Assembly: GCA_964480485.1 (NCBI GenBank) | Contig: CAYZOP010000007.1 | Coordinates: 3,914-67,913, forward strand | Direction: 5' to 3' | DNA from: an uncultured Desulfobacterales bacterium | GTDB taxonomy: Bacteria > Desulfobacterota > Desulfobaccia > Desulfobaccales > 0-14-0-80-60-11 | DNA: 64,000 nucleotides | In this document: piece by piece, positions 1-9,254 of the stretch | How positions within the stretch are numbered: the first letter of the stretch is position 1 | Layout of the letters: each line of letters starts with the position of its first letter | Program-made: the position numbers and the translations under genes | The notes under the pieces: model-generated | The model's database searches: none | What the model saw: only the letters and a program-made list of their open reading frames with translations | What the model was told of the DNA's origin: nothing

Positions 1-489
1 TCCCTTATACCACAGATGCTCCAGGCTGATGAGGCTGCGGGCCGGTTTTTTCTGAACCTTGACTTCCCAGAATTGTTGCAGGCGGGCCTGGCTCCAGGGC
101 ACCAGGTAGAGACCGAGGGCGGCCAACAGGCCGACGGCCACTCCCGCCCGCCACCAAATCGGACGGGTCAGGCGCACGATGTCCAGACCGGAAGTACGCA
201 TGGCCATGGTTTCATGGCCCCGGGAGAGCAGTCCGAAGGCGAGTAGGGTCGCCAGCATCACCGCAGCCGGCAGCACCTGCTCCAGGGCGAAGGGGAGTTT
301 GAGCAGCAGGTAGGCACCCAGTTCCCCCGGACCCAGCCCGGCTTTCACCAGCCGATCGATTTTCTCGAAAAAGTCCACCACCAGAAAGACGCCGACAAAA
401 GCCGCCAGGCTCAGGAGCATCAGCTTGCCGTACTCCCGGCCGATATAGGCCTCCAGGATACGGGGCCGAAGCTGTGGCAGGACCTTCAT
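1..489 (-). CDS. LptF/LptG-family (YjgP/YjgQ) LPS export permease, N-terminal part; gene continues beyond left edge
   Basis: Absent from the ORF track because it is open at the window edge. Reverse-strand translation from ATG (CAT at 487-489): MKVLPQLRPRILEAYIGREYGKLMLLSLAAFVGVFLVVDFFEKIDRLVKAGL... This is a typical LptF/G N-terminus with TM helices. Confidence 0.7.
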   Translation of the reverse strand, partial: MKVLPQLRPRILEAYIGREYGKLMLLSLAAFVGVFLVVDFFEKIDRLVKAGLGPGELGAYLLLKLPFALEQVLPAAVMLATLLAFGLLSRGHETMAMRTSGLDIVRLTRPIWWRAGVAVGLLAALGLYLVPWSQARLQQFWEVKVQKKPARSLISLEHLWYKG

Positions 490-550
490 GTTTCTGGCAT
501 ATATCAGAAAACTGAGAGAATGATAAGGGCCTAGGGAGAATCAAACCGTC

Positions 551-1399
551 GTGCGCCTGGGATTTCACCTGTCCATTGCCGGTTCCTTGCTTCGGGCCGT
601 CCACGAGGCCACGGCTCTGGGGTGCCAGGCGTTGCAGCTTTTCGTGCAAAACCCTCGAAGCTGGCGCTGGCGTCAGCCTGAAGCTGCCGAGATCTCAGCC
701 TTCCGCCAGGCCCGGCGGGGCGCCGGCCTCACGCCCCTGGTGGTGCATCTCAGCTATTTGCCCAATCTGGCGGCCGTGGACCCCGAACTTTCGGCCCGCT
801 CCGGCGAGCGACTCACCCGGGAACTGGCCCTGGCCCGGGACCTGGACGCCGAGTACCTGGTGTGTCACCCGGGACACGGGCCCCTGGAAGACGCCACCTG
901 GAGCCGGATCGCCCGGATTCTGGCCACCGCGGTGGAGCAGGTGCCGCCGCCGCCCCTGGTGTTGTTGGAGAACACCGCCGGCCAAGGGGCGGAGGTGGGC
1001 TTCCACCCGAGCCAGCTTGGGCGCCTCATGGAGTTGAGCGGCGTGCCGTTGGGGGTCTGCCTGGACACCGCCCATGCCGCCGGGGCCGGCTACGATCTGG
1101 GGCACCCTGCCGGCGTGAGCCGACTCCTGGCGGATATGGCCTCAGGCCCCGGTTTGGAACGCTTGAAGGTGATTCATCTGAACGACAGCCGCACTGCCAT
1201 CGGTTCCCGTCGGGACCGCCACACCCACCTGGGAAGGGGCAGCATCGGCCTGGCCGGTTTTCACCATTTCTTCTCCCACCCGCTGCTGAGGGCAGAGGCG
1301 GTGATCATGGAGACGCCCCGGCGCCATGTGTCGGATGAATGGCTCAATCTCCTTACGGCCCGCACCCTGGTACCGGAATCCAGACTCCTGCCCCTCTGA
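551..1399 (+). CDS. nfo: Endonuclease IV (AP endonuclease family 2)
   Basis: 282-aa ORF with GTG start. Nfo-like blocks are present: HLSYLPNLA, LLENTAGQG, CLDTAHA, IHLNDS..DRH..LG.G.IG. Confidence 0.88.
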   Translation: MRLGFHLSIAGSLLRAVHEATALGCQALQLFVQNPRSWRWRQPEAAEISAFRQARRGAGLTPLVVHLSYLPNLAAVDPELSARSGERLTRELALARDLDAEYLVCHPGHGPLEDATWSRIARILATAVEQVPPPPLVLLENTAGQGAEVGFHPSQLGRLMELSGVPLGVCLDTAHAAGAGYDLGHPAGVSRLLADMASGPGLERLKVIHLNDSRTAIGSRRDRHTHLGRGSIGLAGFHHFFSHPLLRAEAVIMETPRRHVSDEWLNLLTARTLVPESRLLPL

Positions 1400-1426
1400 A
1401 CCTCAAAGCGGTCTCTGGCTCTGCCT

Positions 1427-2377
1427 TCACCAACCCTGGCGGGTGCGGACCTGCAAAGGTTTCAGCTTCTCCTGGATTTCCTGGCGCAGCCCCGCATCCT
1501 TCGGGGTCTCCTGGCCGGGTGGGGGCGGGGGTTGCTGCCGGAGCGCAGCCTCCGGGAGAGGGGGTCCCGCTCCGGGCCTCAGCGGGCCCTTCTCCTGGAA
1601 CATGACAATGATGCTGACCCGGCGGTTCTGATAGTCCATGGGGTCCTCAGGCCGGCGCAGATGGCGGTCGGCAAAGCCCCGCACCGCATGGAGGTTAGTC
1701 GGCGGCAAGCCGGCGGCCTCCATCAGGCGCCGGGCGGCATTGGCCCGGTCGGCGGACAACTCCCAGTTGGTGTACTGCTGGCTGCCGTAGGGGCGACTGT
1801 CGGTGTGGCCTTCAATGGTGACGCGGTTGGGCAGGCGTTTCAGTTCCTGGGCCAGCAGGGCGAACATCTTCTGGGCCTCGGGTTTGAGGTTGGCGCTGCC
1901 GATGTCGAAAAAGGTGGGGCTCTCCCGCTCCAGGAGCTCTATGCGCAGACCCTCATGGGTGATTTCCAGGGCCACCTGGTCTTTCAGGCGGCTCAATTCT
2001 GGCAGTTGGGCGATCACCTCTTCGATGCGTTTCTTCACCTCCTCCAGGGAGTTGCGGTCGTGGTGGACCTCGGGGGTGATGGGCGACGGCGTCTGCAGGT
2101 CCTGGCTGTGACCGGGGGTGGGCATTCTGCCTCCCATGTCGCTTGTTTCCATAAGCCCCACCGCCCCCGGCAGGACCCCGGGATTCTTGAAATACTGGGC
2201 TACCGCCAGGCGGATGGACTGACTCTGGCTCATGATCCACAGCACAATGAACAGGGCCATCATGGCGGTAACGAAGTCGGCATAGGCCACCTTCCAGGCC
2301 CCGCCATGATGGCCGCCGGTGATTTTCTTTTTTCTGACCAGACGAGGCTCAGAAGGTTCCAGGGAGGGAGAGGACAT
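1427..2377 (-). CDS. motB: Flagellar stator protein MotB (OmpA-like C-terminal domain), set 1
   Basis: N-terminal plug/TM segment WKVAYADFVTAMMALFIVLW. OmpA-like block GHTDSRPY...NWELSADRANAARR. Lies directly downstream of motA. Confidence 0.85.
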   Translation of the reverse strand: MSSPSLEPSEPRLVRKKKITGGHHGGAWKVAYADFVTAMMALFIVLWIMSQSQSIRLAVAQYFKNPGVLPGAVGLMETSDMGGRMPTPGHSQDLQTPSPITPEVHHDRNSLEEVKKRIEEVIAQLPELSRLKDQVALEITHEGLRIELLERESPTFFDIGSANLKPEAQKMFALLAQELKRLPNRVTIEGHTDSRPYGSQQYTNWELSADRANAARRLMEAAGLPPTNLHAVRGFADRHLRRPEDPMDYQNRRVSIIVMFQEKGPLRPGAGPPLPEAALRQQPPPPPGQETPKDAGLRQEIQEKLKPLQVRTRQGW

Positions 2378-2426
2378 AGAGCAACACCGTTGGCGCCTGC
2401 CGGCGGCTTCAATCAGGGGCTGGGCC

Positions 2427-3293
2427 TCAGGCGTTTTTCACCTTGATGGCCCGGCAGGCTTCCTCCACTTCGGCATATGGCGGGCGGAAATCGCCGCTGA
2501 TGACCCGGCGGGCGAACTCCACCGCCACGATGGGGGGCATGCCCTTGGCGTAGGCCACCACCCCGGCCTTGATGGCCTTGAGGAACAGGTCCTGGACCCC
2601 GGCCTGGTGCTCAATCTGGGCCGCCAGTGGTTGGAGAAACCCATAACACAGGAGCACCCCGAGAAAGGTGCCCACCAGCGCCGCACCCACCTTGTGCCCC
2701 ACCTCCGCCGCCGGTCCGCCGATGGCTCCCATGGTGATGACGATCCCCAATACCGCCGCCACAATGCCCATTCCCGGTAGGGAATCGGCAATGCGGCTCA
2801 AGGTGTGGGCCGGCTTCTTACCCTCCTCTTCCTGGGTTTCCAGGTCGGCGTCCAGGAGCAACTCCAACTCCAGCGGCGGCACTCCCCCCACCACCAGCAG
2901 TTTCAAAGAATCGGTGAGGTATTCCAGGGCATGCCGATTGTTCAGGAGGACCGGATAGCGGTTGAAGATTTCGCTTTCCTTAGGCTTCTCCACATGCTCC
3001 TCCAGGGTGAGCAACCCCTTGACCCTGGCGGTCTGCAGAATTTCAAAAAGCCCTTGCAACAATTCCACAAAACGCTCCCGGCTGGGGCCGCCGGATTTGA
3101 GAGAGCCCAGGATGTAGCGCACAATTTTCACCAGCGTCTCTTTCGGCGTGGAGATCAACAGGGCCCCCAGGGCCGTGCCGCCGATAATGACAAACTCAGC
3201 CCACTGGAGCAGCACCAGGAGGTTGCCGCCTTCCAGCAGAAACCCCCCCAGCACCGACACCAGCACCACACCTGCGCCGATCAGGACAAACAT
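2427..3293 (-). CDS. motA: Flagellar stator protein MotA (long type), set 1
   Basis: 288 aa. MotA/TolQ/ExbB channel C-terminal block PGMGIVAAVLGIVITMG...ALVGTFLGVLLCYGF. Forms an operon with motB. Confidence 0.9.
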   Translation of the reverse strand: MFVLIGAGVVLVSVLGGFLLEGGNLLVLLQWAEFVIIGGTALGALLISTPKETLVKIVRYILGSLKSGGPSRERFVELLQGLFEILQTARVKGLLTLEEHVEKPKESEIFNRYPVLLNNRHALEYLTDSLKLLVVGGVPPLELELLLDADLETQEEEGKKPAHTLSRIADSLPGMGIVAAVLGIVITMGAIGGPAAEVGHKVGAALVGTFLGVLLCYGFLQPLAAQIEHQAGVQDLFLKAIKAGVVAYAKGMPPIVAVEFARRVISGDFRPPYAEVEEACRAIKVKNA

Positions 3294-3319
3294 GCCCGCC
3301 CCGTCTTCTCCCTGCCTCC

Positions 3320-3347
3320 TTATCGGCCCACCGGAGGCGCTTCTTTA
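3320..3347 (-). promoter_or_regulatory. Sigma28 (FliA)-type promoter upstream of motA/motB set 1
   Basis: Minus strand reads TAAA-N16-GCCGATAA (plus strand TTATCGGC at 3320-3327, TTTA at 3344-3347). The -10 element is perfect and lies about 27 nt upstream of the motA ATG. Confidence 0.5.
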
Positions 3348-3370
3348 GGGTCCGCAACGAAAACCGCCTC

Positions 3371-3399
3371 TTGTCAAGCCTCGGCCCCATCTTTATAAT
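3371..3399 (+). promoter_or_regulatory. Sigma70-like promoter (TTGTCA-17 nt-TATAAT)
   Basis: TTGTCA at 3371-3376 and TATAAT at 3394-3399, with a 17-nt spacer. Faces the zinc-ribbon gene about 200 nt downstream. Confidence 0.4.
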
Positions 3400-3597
3400 A
3401 CTGAATGCTGCTGCCTTCCGGGGCAGCGGGGGGCTTCGCCGGCCCACTCTCCTTGGGGCCGCTCCCGTCGAACCTAAGAAAAAGACCGCGGCGAAATCCC
3501 GCAGAACCTCCGCCCGGCGGCATCTTCACGGCGAGGGCGCCTACCGTAAAGACTGCGGGTGGGGGATGTCCGCTGGAGTGCCGGAAAGGAGGACACC

Positions 3598-3759
3598 ATG
3601 CCGACGTATGAGTACCGTTGTCTGAAGTGCGGCGAGGAATTCACCCGGATTATGAGCATCGCGGAATACGAAAAGGGCGGAGTCGTCTGCCCCAAATGCG
3701 GCGGTGAAACGAAGCAGCAGATGTCCCAATTCATCCCCAAGACTTCCCGCAAGAGTTAG
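3598..3759 (+). CDS. FmdB-family zinc-ribbon protein
   Basis: MPTYEYRCLKCGEEFTRI...VCPKCGG is the classic FmdB CxxC...CxxC ribbon. An AGGAGG RBS precedes the ATG at 3598. The track ORF starts earlier, at 3559. Confidence 0.8.
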   Translation: MPTYEYRCLKCGEEFTRIMSIAEYEKGGVVCPKCGGETKQQMSQFIPKTSRKS

Positions 3760-6224
3760 CCGTCCGGCCAACCCGGGACCGCTTGGGGAGCTGCATCCCG
3801 CCAGCGGCCTGCGGTTGGCTGACCGGAATCTTCTTGTCGTCGGTCATATTGATCGTACTGAAAAGCCTCCACCCCCTGAGGGCCGAAGAGCAGCGTGAAG
3901 GCGCCCTGGGAGGTGTAGTGGAGGCGCGTCGCCGGAGGGGCCCGCACGGTCCCGGCCGCCGGGCGCTCATAGAGGATGAGCCGCCGGGGCTGCTGGCGGG
4001 CCAACCAGCCCAAAGAAGGCGGCTGCCCCGCCACCACGGCCTCCAGCACCCCCAAGCCTCCCGCTTCCAGGTGTTCCACCCCGGCCTGAGACACGGGCGG
4101 CAGCAAGAGCACCCGCCGACCGAAGCCTGACACCTCCAGGGCGGCCGCGCCCTTCACTGGCAGCAGGCGCACCTCCATCCCCCCCCACTGCCAGGCGGCC
4201 GGGTTGCCCGCCGCCGCCAGGGGCCGCACTCCCCGGTCGCCCAACTCGTTGACCAGCGCCAGACCTGATTCGCTCCACTCGGAGGGGGGGGAAACCCACC
4301 AGGCGGTTGCCCCAAAGGTCCGGACCACCTCCAAGAGGTCGGGGGCGTTGGCCGACGTCAGGTTTAGCCCCACGGCGCCGTCCAGGGTGGAAAACTGGCG
4401 CACCCGGAGATACCGCGTGAGCGTCCCGGTGCGGACTTCCTCCCGGCCGGGGTAGGATGGCCGGCCCGCAAAAACCGCCAGACGCCGGCCATCCGGAGCC
4501 ACCACCACGGCGTTCAGACCCGTGGGGCTGTCCAGCACCGTGATTTCGCACCCCGCCGGCGTCGGCCTCCAGGGCAGGACCATCGTCAGGGCCAGCATCC
4601 CTGCGGCCAGCCCGGCTCCCGCGAGCGTGAACCGACGGCGCGGCCGATACCCCCACAGCCCCAGGCAGGCGACATAGAGGCCTACCTGGAGCCACGTGGG
4701 GGTGGGAAGGGAACATGCCGCGCCGGGAACCTTCGCCCCCTGGGCAATGGCCTGCCACCCCAGCCACAGGGGCCATTCCCCCAGCTGAATGAGTGCCCGG
4801 GCCGCGGCGGTCTGCCCCAGGGCCTGGGCCAGCACTGCCAGTTCCCCCAGCGGCAGGGCCGCCATCAACACCAAGGGGATGGCCACCAGGTTGACCAAAA
4901 TCCCCAAAAAGGAGACGACGTTGAAGAACCAGGCCACCAGCGGCGCGGTGGCCAACGAGGCCGCCAGGGACACGCTCAACGCCTCCCACCCCCTCCGCAC
5001 GGCGCGTCCCGGCCAGCGCCCCCATCCAGAACCCACCGGCGCCGGATCGGTCCCGAACCGGCCCAGGGCGGGCTTGATATAGAGGATGCCGGCCACTGCC
5101 GCGAAAGACAGGGCAAAGGAGGCGGAAAACAGGCGCAGGGGGCTCATGGCCAGGATGACCAGGGCGGCCAGGGCCAGGGCGCTCCAGGTCTCCCGGGGGC
5201 GGCCCAAAAACAGCAGGAGGAGATAAGCCAGGACCATGACCTCGGCCCGTTGGGTGGAGGGCGACCCACCCGCCACCCAGGCGTATGCCAGCACCGGCCC
5301 GGCGGCCAGCAGCGTGGCCGCCTTGACGGCGTTGAGGCGCAACAGCACCCACGGGAAGAACCTAAGCAGCCAAAAACTCAGGGAATATGCCACCCCGGCC
5401 ACGGCCCCCAGATGCAGGCCGTTGATCACCAGAAGGTGGCTGGTGCCGGTGCGGCTGAAGGCCTCCCGCATGGGCTGGGTGATTTCGCCCTGGTCCCCCA
5501 GGAGCATGGCCAGATACATGGCCCGCGCCTCCGGCAGCAGGTCCCTGAGCAGGGCGCGGACGCCGCCCCGCAGGCGCTCCCGGAGCGGGTACGTCCCGGT
5601 GGCCAGCCACACCAGGTCGTCTGTGGAGTTTATGGCGAGAGTGCGGAAAATACCCTCCGCCGCCAGGTGACGGGGCCGGTCGAAGGCCCCGGGGTTGTTG
5701 AGACGGCGGGGGGTGTGCAGGGTGCCGCGCACCATCAGGCGGCTCCCCACCGGTCGCGCCTCTTGGCGGGGGGCGCTGACCAACAGCAGCCCCTCCACCG
5801 GCTGCCACCCCCGGGGGCTTAGCCAGGCCTCGGCGGCCACGAAAAGCTGGAGCCGTTCCGGCCCCATTTTACTGGGACGGGCCAGCCGCCCGGCCAGGGT
5901 CACTTGCCGGTCGCCCGGCAGGTGCACCAGGTGGGCCGGCGGCAGCAGGGGCTCCCGGGCCTGCCAATACATGGCCGTCCCCAGGCCAAAAAAGAAGAGC
6001 AGCGGCAGGAGCAGGAGGCGGCGGTTGGTCCACCAACCCGCCGCCAACCCCAGCCACAGTGCCCCCAGCCCAGCGAGCCTCCAGCCCCGGGGCGGCGCCA
6101 GCCCCCAGGCAGCGGCCACCAGCCCGGCCATAAGGGCCAGGACCACCGGCACCAGCGGCCGCGCCGGTGCAGGAATGGCCGCACCCCCCGGCGGCCACAA
6201 GGTCAGCTCACCGTCTTCTGTCAT
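3756..6224 (-). CDS. comEC: ComEC/Rec2 DNA internalization channel protein
   Basis: 822 aa and polytopic. Competence-domain block SRTGTSHLLVINGLHLG. The C-terminal region is beta-lactamase-like but lacks HxHxDH. Confidence 0.82.
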   Translation of the reverse strand: MTEDGELTLWPPGGAAIPAPARPLVPVVLALMAGLVAAAWGLAPPRGWRLAGLGALWLGLAAGWWTNRRLLLLPLLFFFGLGTAMYWQAREPLLPPAHLVHLPGDRQVTLAGRLARPSKMGPERLQLFVAAEAWLSPRGWQPVEGLLLVSAPRQEARPVGSRLMVRGTLHTPRRLNNPGAFDRPRHLAAEGIFRTLAINSTDDLVWLATGTYPLRERLRGGVRALLRDLLPEARAMYLAMLLGDQGEITQPMREAFSRTGTSHLLVINGLHLGAVAGVAYSLSFWLLRFFPWVLLRLNAVKAATLLAAGPVLAYAWVAGGSPSTQRAEVMVLAYLLLLFLGRPRETWSALALAALVILAMSPLRLFSASFALSFAAVAGILYIKPALGRFGTDPAPVGSGWGRWPGRAVRRGWEALSVSLAASLATAPLVAWFFNVVSFLGILVNLVAIPLVLMAALPLGELAVLAQALGQTAAARALIQLGEWPLWLGWQAIAQGAKVPGAACSLPTPTWLQVGLYVACLGLWGYRPRRRFTLAGAGLAAGMLALTMVLPWRPTPAGCEITVLDSPTGLNAVVVAPDGRRLAVFAGRPSYPGREEVRTGTLTRYLRVRQFSTLDGAVGLNLTSANAPDLLEVVRTFGATAWWVSPPSEWSESGLALVNELGDRGVRPLAAAGNPAAWQWGGMEVRLLPVKGAAALEVSGFGRRVLLLPPVSQAGVEHLEAGGLGVLEAVVAGQPPSLGWLARQQPRRLILYERPAAGTVRAPPATRLHYTSQGAFTLLFGPQGVEAFQYDQYDRRQEDSGQPTAGRWRDAAPQAVPGWPDG

Positions 6225-6531
6225 GTTCCTGTCAGCCAGCTGTCATTGCGATGCGGGCGGGATAAACCGGTCCGGTGGGAAAAGGTTAGGGAGCGCCATC
6301 CTTTTCCGCCCCCGCCTGGAGGCCCTGGGGCTCCGGGAATGCCTCGAAGCCGGGCCCTCGAGGTCCCAGGCTTGCGGCAGGCTGGAGACGCAGCTCAACC
6401 AGAAGGCACCCCCCGGGGCCTTCCGGGCCCCCTCCAAGACCCTTGCCGTCACCGGCTCCTGATGGTGCCGCCATATTTTGTCATTGACAAGAGCGCCTGC
6501 ATATCAAAAAATAGGGCTTAATAGGCGTAAT

Positions 6532-7374
6532 ATGAAGATACTCGCGATCTTCCTGAGCCTGGTGTTGGGACCTGCCGCCACCTGTGGCGCGGATCCCTCC
6601 CCGCCGGTAATCAGCCGGGACGGTTCATTGGTGCTGTCCGGCCCGGAAGACCGGAGCGGCTCGCGCTCCAAGGATCGCCTTTCGGTGCTGTTGAGCCGGG
6701 AAGTGGAAGTCTTCATCTTTAAGAATAAAACCCGGATCTGGCCCTATGGCCGGGTGGTGACGCCTTCGGGCGGCTCCCGGGTATGGTCCCCGCAGCCCCA
6801 TCTGGAGAGCTTGATTCAGAAATATTCCTCCCAATACGGCGTGGACCCCTCCTTGGTGCGGGCCGTCATCCGGCACGAGTCCGGCTTCAACACCCAGGCC
6901 GTCTCTCCCAAGGGAGCCATGGGCCTCATGCAGCTCATGCCCGGCACCGCCGACCTCATGGGGGTGAAAAATCCCTTCGATCCCGAGCAGAATATCATGG
7001 GCGGGGTGGGATATCTGCGCCACTGTCTGGACCGTTTCGGGCATAACGTGCCGTTGGCGGTGGCGGCCTATAATGCCGGCCCTGAGCGGGTGGCCAAAAC
7101 TGGGACCGTCCCCGCCATCCCTGAAACCCAATCATTTGTGCACAACGTGGTAGGCACCTACCAGGGCTTGTCTCAGTCCGGCGCCTCGCCGCCAGGTACT
7201 CCCCCTGCCAAGGGTGCCCACGTCATCACCCCGGGTCCGGCCCAAAAACGCCTGGCCGCCAAGCCGGTGCTGGTCACCGCCGCCGGTAAATCCCCGGAAG
7301 GCGAAAAAACCCGCCGTCCCCGACCCAAGATCATCGAAGTCCGCTTTCCCAAGGGCAAGAAATCGGAAAATTGA
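6532..7374 (+). CDS. Lytic transglycosylase (SLT domain), secreted
   Basis: Signal peptide MKILAIFLSLVLGPAATCGA. SLT motifs [26 protein letters not shown]. The start is taken at the internal ATG 6532 of track ORF 6478..7374. Confidence 0.85.
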   Translation: MKILAIFLSLVLGPAATCGADPSPPVISRDGSLVLSGPEDRSGSRSKDRLSVLLSREVEVFIFKNKTRIWPYGRVVTPSGGSRVWSPQPHLESLIQKYSSQYGVDPSLVRAVIRHESGFNTQAVSPKGAMGLMQLMPGTADLMGVKNPFDPEQNIMGGVGYLRHCLDRFGHNVPLAVAAYNAGPERVAKTGTVPAIPETQSFVHNVVGTYQGLSQSGASPPGTPPAKGAHVITPGPAQKRLAAKPVLVTAAGKSPEGEKTRRPRPKIIEVRFPKGKKSEN

Positions 7375-7482
7375 CGGCCCGTCAGCCTTGCCGGCGCGCC
7401 CCCGGGAACGGCTCGGGCCCCTCTCCGTCCGGGGATGCGGACCCGGCGCCCTGAGCCGGCTCTCCACCCCCTCCCCTCCGCT

Positions 7483-8430
7483 TCAGATAATGATGGCATC
7501 CCGGGCCGAGGCGCGCACCCGCACGCCTGCCGCCACCACGCAGCCGCGCAGGCTCACCCCCGGACTGATGACCGCGCCGTCCAGCACAATGGTATCCCCC
7601 AAGGTCGCCTCCTCCCCCACCCGCACCCACCGGCCCAGAACGACGCCTTCCTGAAACTTGGCCCCCGCCGCCACCTTCGTCCCCTCGCCCAGGAAGGGAT
7701 CGTGCAAGGGGCCCAGCAGGCGGGCCAGGCGGGGAGACGCTCCGGCCCGCAGGCGCCGGTGGGCCGCCAGGTAGGCCTCCCGCCGCCCCAGGTCCTGCCA
7801 GAAATGCCCGGCCACGGTGACGGCGGCCAGCCGCTCCCCGCCGGCCAGGGCTTGGCGCCACACCGCCACCAAATCCAGGGGGCCTTCCCCCGGCATCCAG
7901 GACAACAGCCCGGGCTCCACCACCTGGATGCCGGTATAGGCCAGCGGCGGCCCTGACATTGCGGCCGGCGGGCTGCCCACGCCGGCGACGTTGCCGGCCT
8001 GATCCACCCAGACGTTATTGAAGGGGGGGCAGTCATGCAGCACCAGGGTGGCCAGGGCCTCCGGCCGGCGGCGGGCATAGAGTTCCTTAAGGTCGAGGTC
8101 CGTGAGGATGTCGGCATTGACCGCCAGAAACGGCCCCTCCCCCAGCAGCCGGGCCAGGTTTCTCAGGCCGCCGCCGGTGCCCAAAAGCTCCACCTCATGG
8201 CTCACCTGCACCTGCAGCCCCCAGGGACCTTGGGTCCCCAGGAAGTGGAGCACCTGCTCTCCCAGGTGGTGGGTGTTGACGGCCACCTGGCAACAGTCGG
8301 CCTCCGCCAGTTGCGCCAGCACGATGCCCAACAGGGGCCGGTTGAACACCGGCACCAACGCCTTGGGGAGGACATGGGTGAGGGGACGGAGCCGGGTACC
8401 CAACCCCGCCGCCAGGATGGCCGCTTTCAT
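7483..8430 (-). CDS. Sugar-phosphate nucleotidyltransferase with C-terminal left-handed beta-helix
   Basis: N-terminus MKAAILAAGLGTRLRPLTHVLPKALVPV (G-x-G-T-R-L signature). The C-terminal repeats are hexapeptide-like. Confidence 0.8.
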   Translation of the reverse strand: MKAAILAAGLGTRLRPLTHVLPKALVPVFNRPLLGIVLAQLAEADCCQVAVNTHHLGEQVLHFLGTQGPWGLQVQVSHEVELLGTGGGLRNLARLLGEGPFLAVNADILTDLDLKELYARRRPEALATLVLHDCPPFNNVWVDQAGNVAGVGSPPAAMSGPPLAYTGIQVVEPGLLSWMPGEGPLDLVAVWRQALAGGERLAAVTVAGHFWQDLGRREAYLAAHRRLRAGASPRLARLLGPLHDPFLGEGTKVAAGAKFQEGVVLGRWVRVGEEATLGDTIVLDGAVISPGVSLRGCVVAAGVRVRASARDAIII

Positions 8431-8584
8431 AATTACGGGGGTGCGAAACGTTTCCGGGTGAAGGCGCCGGGTCGCGGACCCTGCCTCCCGCTCCCCTAAC
8501 CCCGACTGATGGCAACCGCCCGGAGCGCAAACCCCAGCGGCTTAAGAGGGGATGGCGGGGCCCCGGAGTCCGGCCCCCACCTCC

Positions 8585-9067
8585 TCACTTCTTATATCCC
8601 AGCCGGCGCAGGAGATCGTGGCGCCAGGCCCGGCCCTCCTCCCCTTCCACACCCTTGGGGGAGAAACCGTCCACCACGCCCAGGATGCCCCGCCCCATTT
8701 CGGTTTGGGCCAGGACGACTTCCACCGGGTTGGCGGTGGCGCAAAAAATCCGGCAGACTTCAGGACACGCCTTGATGGCGTTCAACACATTGATGGGAAA
8801 GGCGTTTTTCAAGATGAGAATGAAGGTGTGACCCGCGGCCAGGCGCCGGGCGTTTTCGATGGCCGCGGCCACCAGGTCCGGATCGTTGCCCTCGGTGCGA
8901 ATGAGGCACTCGCCCGAGGCCTCGGAGAAGGCCAGGCCGAATTGCCCCCCCGGCACGCTCCCCACCATGATTTCGTAAAGATCCTCCACCGTCTTAATGA
9001 AGTGGCTCTGCCCGAGGATGAGGTTGCAACCTTCGGGTATCAGCAGTTTTTCCAGCGCCAGTTCCAT
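8585..9067 (-). CDS. Adenosine-specific kinase family protein (PF04008-like)
   Basis: The conserved core starts at [32 protein letters not shown]... A GGAGGA RBS precedes the ATG at 9067. The upstream 90 codons of the track ORF look non-coding. Confidence 0.72.
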   Translation of the reverse strand: MELALEKLLIPEGCNLILGQSHFIKTVEDLYEIMVGSVPGGQFGLAFSEASGECLIRTEGNDPDLVAAAIENARRLAAGHTFILILKNAFPINVLNAIKACPEVCRIFCATANPVEVVLAQTEMGRGILGVVDGFSPKGVEGEEGRAWRHDLLRRLGYKK

Positions 9068-9254
9068 GGGATCCTCCGCATCACCATGCAGCTTCCTCAC
9101 CTCCCGGCCCCTGCGGCGAAGCCGCGCCGGTTCCCGAGAGGGATGACCGAAATATTTCCGGAGTCCATCGTTTTGTGGTATCATATATAAGTTTAAATCA
9201 GGGAATAGTAAAGAATTTGGGGGGCGGTCTGCTACTCCCCACGGAAATTGAGGC

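Noticed and set aside
3967-5352. Very long ORFs overlapping or antisense to well-supported genes. Examples: 3967..5352(-), 14293..15714(-), 17431..19353(-), 22021..23943(-), 23150..24982(-), 26242..28011(-), 39606..41303(-), 45566..47455(+), 32791..34038(-)
   Set aside because: Their translations are Arg/Gly/Pro/His-rich with no recognisable motifs. Each lies opposite or out of frame to a gene with clear family signatures. This is the stop-poor shadow-frame behaviour expected in GC-rich DNA.
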